Below, piece after piece: positions 59,928 to 64,000 of a DNA stretch of 64,000 nucleotides; positions within the stretch are counted from its first letter, which is position 1, and the number at the start of each line of letters is the position of its first letter. Made by a program: the position numbers and the translations under genes. Origin of the DNA: an uncultured Chloracidobacterium sp. (lineage in GTDB: Bacteria; Acidobacteriota; Blastocatellia; Pyrinomonadales; Pyrinomonadaceae); NCBI GenBank assembly GCA_936914845.1, contig CAKZGE010000004.1, positions 409,658 through 473,657 on the forward strand. The letters are read 5' to 3'. The notes beneath the pieces are model-generated. The model was not told the DNA's origin. It worked only from the letters and a program-made list of their open reading frames with translations, and made no database searches.

Positions 59928-60884
59928 GTGAGTCTTCAAACCTTTTTCAAACAAGCGGCATTTGCGGCTCTGCTCGGGAGTGCGGCTATCGCGGCCAATG
60001 CCCAAAGCAGCGGCCCTGGCGGCTCCAGGCCCTTTCGCGTAGCGGAAAGAAACAATGTATATTGTGCCGGCTATGTCCAAAGTTCGCCGATCGGCACTGA
60101 CAATAAAGTCGTCGGGGCAGTAGAAGAGCAAGAACAGTTCAATTATTCACAGAACAATCTGCTGTATATCAATATGGGGGCGGGGAAAGGTGTTAAGGCG
60201 GGCGATGTTCTGAGCGTGGTTCGTCCGCGAGGAAACGTCGAGACCCGCTGGACAAAAAAGGACAATCTTGGGTTTTTGGTACAAGAGGTCGGCACGGTAG
60301 AAGTGGTCAGTGTGAAGGGCGAAGTTTCTGCCGTGAAGGTAAAAACATCGTGTGATGCGATACTGCTGGGCGACCTGGTTCAGCCGTTTCAGCAGAGGGA
60401 AAGCCCGATCTTTGAACAGAGAGCGGCCCTTGACCTCTTCCGGGATCCAAGCGGAAAGGCGACGGGCCGTCTTTTTATGGCTCGTGACGGACAGGAAATG
60501 GTTTCTCGCGAACAGATCGTATATGTTGATCTCGGAGCAGAAGACAATGTAAAACCAGGCGACTATCTGACGATCTATCGCCCGCTCGGTAAAGGGCATC
60601 TCTTCATTTCCGACGAAAAAGAATCTGTCGCGGCTCGTGACGAAGGTTTTCAGAGTGCGGAATTCCGCGGCGGAAAATTCTCAAATCAGTCCGCTCGTAA
60701 AAAAGGCGAAAGGGCACAGGGAAGAGTAACGACAACACCTGATGCCAAGAAAGATCGTCCGAATGACCTGAGAAAAGTGGTGGGCGAAGCTGTGATACTT
60801 AACGTAAAGGAAAGAACGGCGACGGCGGTCATTACGCGAACGGCTCAGGAGATACATACCGGTGATTGGGTCGAGATCCAATAG
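59928..60884 (+). CDS. hypothetical secreted protein with internally duplicated beta-rich domain
   Basis: 318 aa. Signal peptide. Two homologous segments (LYINMGAGKGVKAGDVLSVVRP and VYVDLGAEDNVKPGDYLTIYRP). Confidence 0.45.
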   Translation: MSLQTFFKQAAFAALLGSAAIAANAQSSGPGGSRPFRVAERNNVYCAGYVQSSPIGTDNKVVGAVEEQEQFNYSQNNLLYINMGAGKGVKAGDVLSVVRPRGNVETRWTKKDNLGFLVQEVGTVEVVSVKGEVSAVKVKTSCDAILLGDLVQPFQQRESPIFEQRAALDLFRDPSGKATGRLFMARDGQEMVSREQIVYVDLGAEDNVKPGDYLTIYRPLGKGHLFISDEKESVAARDEGFQSAEFRGGKFSNQSARKKGERAQGRVTTTPDAKKDRPNDLRKVVGEAVILNVKERTATAVITRTAQEIHTGDWVEIQ

Positions 60885-60936
60885 CTTCCGGTGCAAGAAT
60901 AAAAGCTGCAAAGGGCCGCCTGCGTGGGCGGCTTTT

Positions 60937-62868
60937 TCATTTCATCGTGTCTGCTGTTTTGGCTAAAAGGTCTGCATATTCTATCGCACCGGCATCATTT
61001 GGATGGGTCTTATCCCGATGCAGCAAACCCGGCCGGTCCTTTACGATCGAATACCAATCGGCAACGGATGTGTTCGGATATTCGCTGCTTATCTGGACCA
61101 GTCTTTCGTTGGTTGATTGGACCCAAAAACTAACGCCGACAGTATTCACCAGAACGACACGGCGATCCGGCCCAAGAAGAGCTAGGACCTCTCGCAAAGC
61201 CTGTTCGGATTCGGGTTCCTTAAAACCGCCATTGGTGCCAAAGTTAAGGATCACGATCTTGCGCATACTGCCTTCCGCGATCATCTTGCGGACGATGTCG
61301 GGGGCGTCGCGCCACTGCAGGATGGGCCGTGCATTTATTTTGATGCCGGGAATGCGGGCATACAAAGCGGGTGCGGCCCCGGACATAACGGAATCGCCAA
61401 GAGCGGTAATATTCTGACCATTCGGATCGGCGGCGGTCACGGGAGACGACGAAGGAACGGGTCCGTTTTGTATTTGGGGCGGTGCAGAACGGGAATTGGA
61501 TGTTCCCGCCGCGGGCGTTTCATTCCGTGGCTCGACCGTGGTTTGCTGGGCCTCACGTTGAAGGATCGCCTGTTCGCCGCGTTCAACGGAAAGCTGGGCC
61601 CGCGTCTTTTCGGGTGCTTTGATGACGCCGAAACACGCAGCCAAGATCGAAACTGTCGCAAAGGTAGCTATCGGCCATCTCATCGGCCCACGGAGTTTGG
61701 ACATCAAAAGAAGCCAGCTTTTGCGAAATCCCTGCTCTCTTACGGGAGCCTCGATCCACCTGTAAGAAGCCTCGCTCAATGCAAATGTCAGAGCTATTAC
61801 CGCAACTGCCGAAAATCCGGCATCCCAAACGGAAACAGCATCGGCCGGTCTTGACGATTCGACCAGCAATAGAACCGGCCAGTGCCAAAGGTAGATGCCG
61901 TAAGATCTTTCGCCAACCCAAGCGAGCGGACGCAGCTTGCAAAAGCGGTTGAAAACGGTCATTTGCCCCGGCAAAGCGGCAACCGCCGCTACACTTATAA
62001 AAGATGCGATGAGCAAACCGCCCGGATAGGTTGATGGAGCCGTGCTGTCAATGAACCAGACGGCAAGCAAAAAACCGAAGAGCGAGACAAAGCCCAACAG
62101 GGGCCTTATAAGCTGCCATGTGCGGCTGTTTTGCATGCTTGAGTCGGCAGAGAATATAAAGGCCAATGCGACACCGATCATTAAACCGAACGAATGGGTG
62201 TCTGTGCCGTAATAGACTCGCGTCGGAGCATTCGGATCAAGCAAAAGCCACATCAAAAATGCCGAGATGGCCGCCGCCGCCAAGGCGATAGCAGTAAGGA
62301 CGATCCGCTTCCGGACGAGCGCCAGTATCCCGGCCAGCAATACCGGCCAAAGCAAATAGAATTGTTCTTCGACGGCAAGTGACCAAAACGTGAGGAAAAG
62401 AACACGGTCGGAATCGCCGAAATAGTCACCGCCGACGGCTATTTCGATCCAGTTCGTGCTGAAGGTCAATGCCCCGATGACCTGTCGGCGAATACCGACG
62501 AGGAGGTCTTCGTTAAATAGTGCGGCCGCGCCGACCGATACGACCACGACCGTAATTAGAGCCGGCAGCAGACGCCGTGCTCGGCGTTTCCAAAACGAAC
62601 CGAGATCGATGCGGCCGCTCTTACGGTATTCCCGCAGCAGCAGGGTTGTGATCAAAAAGCCGCTGACCACAAAAAAGACATCCACGCCTAAAAAACCGCC
62701 TCGAAAGATGCTCGGCCAGATGTGGTAAAGCAAAACACTTAACACCGCAAACGAACGGAGGCCGTCTAGCCCCTCAATACGCCCGGATCCGGTAGAGTTA
62801 TGAGAGCTTTCGGATCCACTCCGGGAAGGCTCTTTTGAAATAGATATTATCGGGTCATCAAACATCAC
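60937..62868 (-). CDS. acyltransferase family 3 (OafA/YrhL-like) membrane O-acyltransferase with C-terminal SGNH hydrolase domain
   Basis: 643 aa. N-terminal 10-11 TM acyltransferase_3 (LRSFAVLSVLLYHIW...VDVFFVVSGFLIT). C-terminal GDS(V)-type SGNH domain (ALGDSVMSGAAP). Confidence 0.8.
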   Translation of the reverse strand: MMFDDPIISISKEPSRSGSESSHNSTGSGRIEGLDGLRSFAVLSVLLYHIWPSIFRGGFLGVDVFFVVSGFLITTLLLREYRKSGRIDLGSFWKRRARRLLPALITVVVVSVGAAALFNEDLLVGIRRQVIGALTFSTNWIEIAVGGDYFGDSDRVLFLTFWSLAVEEQFYLLWPVLLAGILALVRKRIVLTAIALAAAAISAFLMWLLLDPNAPTRVYYGTDTHSFGLMIGVALAFIFSADSSMQNSRTWQLIRPLLGFVSLFGFLLAVWFIDSTAPSTYPGGLLIASFISVAAVAALPGQMTVFNRFCKLRPLAWVGERSYGIYLWHWPVLLLVESSRPADAVSVWDAGFSAVAVIALTFALSEASYRWIEAPVREQGFRKSWLLLMSKLRGPMRWPIATFATVSILAACFGVIKAPEKTRAQLSVERGEQAILQREAQQTTVEPRNETPAAGTSNSRSAPPQIQNGPVPSSSPVTAADPNGQNITALGDSVMSGAAPALYARIPGIKINARPILQWRDAPDIVRKMIAEGSMRKIVILNFGTNGGFKEPESEQALREVLALLGPDRRVVLVNTVGVSFWVQSTNERLVQISSEYPNTSVADWYSIVKDRPGLLHRDKTHPNDAGAIEYADLLAKTADTMK

Positions 62869-62991
62869 AGAAAAAACAAAACATTCAATAGATCTCTATC
62901 ACGTAGAACGGATTCCAGGGGATAAATTGCGCAGGATACAAGAAACTCACGAAATTATTCGGCGTTAACTAAACTCCATTTGACGAAGCAG

Positions 62992-63705
62992 TTAAGAGCT
63001 TTTTCTTTCGCGAAAAAAGAATGCGAAATAATCGTACATTGACCAGATAGAAAGTACGACGGAGATCCAAAGAGCTCCGCGGCCGACAAGGTAGCCGAAG
63101 ACCTTCCAATCGTTGGATGTGAGGGTAAAGCGGCTGAGATCGGTAAAAGCCGTACGGACCTCTTCGACCTCCCAAAAACTAAAGTAAGGATATTCCAACC
63201 CGAAATTGGAAACGGGCGGGTTGCCGTTAGCCGCGGCGACCAACAAAGCCACGATCGCTATGCACTGGGCCCACATTTTTATCTTGCCGCTTTTCTGGGC
63301 TTGAATGACGATCCCTTCTGATGCAGCGACAGATCTAAGTCCCGTAACGATAAATTCGCGGGCTAGGATGATGACAACTGCCCACGAAGGAGCAAGATGC
63401 TTTTCGACCAAAACGATCAGGGCAGCGGAAACAAGAAGCTTATCTGCGATCGGATCAAGAAACTTTCCAAGCTTTGAGACCTGGTTGCGGCGGCGGGCAA
63501 GGTGGCCGTCGAGAATGTCGGTAAATGAAGCAGCAAGGAAGATCCCGATCGCCAATGCATAGCCGCTAATGCCGAACCAGCTTTCAGCTACTTCGGTCAG
63601 CAGAACAACGACCAAAAGCGGCACGATCAAAATGCGAACAAGTGTCAGATAATTTGGCAGATTCACGATTAGGGAAATTTTATTGGTTGGGAGCGGCAAA
63701 GGCAA
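62992..63705 (-). CDS. pgsA: CDP-diacylglycerol--glycerol-3-phosphate 3-phosphatidyltransferase
   Basis: CDP-alcohol phosphatidyltransferase motif DGHLARRRNQVSKLGKFLDPIADKLL, and N-terminal NLPNYLTLVRIL. Confidence 0.8.
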   Translation of the reverse strand: MPLPLPTNKISLIVNLPNYLTLVRILIVPLLVVVLLTEVAESWFGISGYALAIGIFLAASFTDILDGHLARRRNQVSKLGKFLDPIADKLLVSAALIVLVEKHLAPSWAVVIILAREFIVTGLRSVAASEGIVIQAQKSGKIKMWAQCIAIVALLVAAANGNPPVSNFGLEYPYFSFWEVEEVRTAFTDLSRFTLTSNDWKVFGYLVGRGALWISVVLSIWSMYDYFAFFFRERKSS

Positions 63706-64000
63706 GCAGCTAGATATAGCTGCCGGAACATAAAAATGTCACAAAAAAAGAGGCTGTCTTTTGAAACAGCCTCCCCGGTTGATGATCTCTTGGCAGGTTC
63801 AAGCCAAGAAGCCAAGATCACTAGTTGTGAAATTGCCGATATTAGGGAATATCGTCTGCAATGTAGTGGTATCTTGCGGCAATCCGAACCATTTGGCCAG
63901 CGTGCCGGCATATTGTTCGACCGAGCTGGTCGGTATCCAGCGGCCGCGGCCGGTTCCGCCGTCTGTATCGTCCGGCCCGGAAGTTCCCATCGTCAGTGTC

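Noticed and set aside
54978-59930. Calling the tRNA-Thr-adjacent segment an intact integrative element or prophage
   Set aside because: No integrase, excisionase or phage structural gene is present. No convincing direct repeat of the tRNA 3' end could be found by eye. It is described only as a probable decayed island.
63799-63990. Partial 63-aa ORF at the window edge (minus strand)
   Set aside because: It is truncated by the window boundary, too short and featureless to assign. It is not reported as a feature.

Overview
The window is a 64-kb chromosomal segment of roughly 52% GC. Several traits suggest an Acidobacteria-like organism: stand-alone TonB-dependent receptors with an N-terminal carboxypeptidase-regulatory-like domain, many secreted peptidases and hydrolases, and an ElbD-like ether-lipid enzyme. 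The phylum call is tentative.

In order, the window holds:
- a BMP-family ABC uptake system lacking its permease genes;
- housekeeping genes (aminotransferase, coaD, HAD hydrolase);
- a small GxxExxY (PD-(D/E)XK) cassette bracketed by CACAGAA-rich inverted and direct repeats;
- a LarA-like orphan;
- a VapBC–GrpB–DUF1016 accessory islet;
- a 1473-aa reductase / acyl-AMP ligase / ACP / PlsC fusion, ElbD-like, a probable ether-lipid enzyme;
- secreted hydrolases: an M16 peptidase, a eukaryote-like GH47 mannosidase, an S9 peptidase and an M19 dipeptidase;
- a tandem-repeat secreted protein and two Arg-rich mini-proteins;
- a 13-kb minus-strand uronate-polysaccharide utilisation operon with a LacI regulator and a candidate operator;
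- secA;
- a truncated DEAH helicase followed by an imuA-imuB-dnaE2 mutagenesis cassette;
- tRNA-Thr(UGU), then a GATAAG repeat array, a Fic AMPylase and an AT-rich graveyard of RHS, toxin and HD fragments with SUKH-type immunity genes;
- membrane-lipid genes (OafA-like acyltransferase, PgsA).

No CRISPR arrays, rRNA genes or intact mobile-element genes were seen. The most interesting candidates are the ElbD-like megaenzyme, the repeat-bracketed GxxExxY cassette, the tRNA-adjacent Fic and polymorphic-toxin remnant island, and the lyase/esterase uptake locus.
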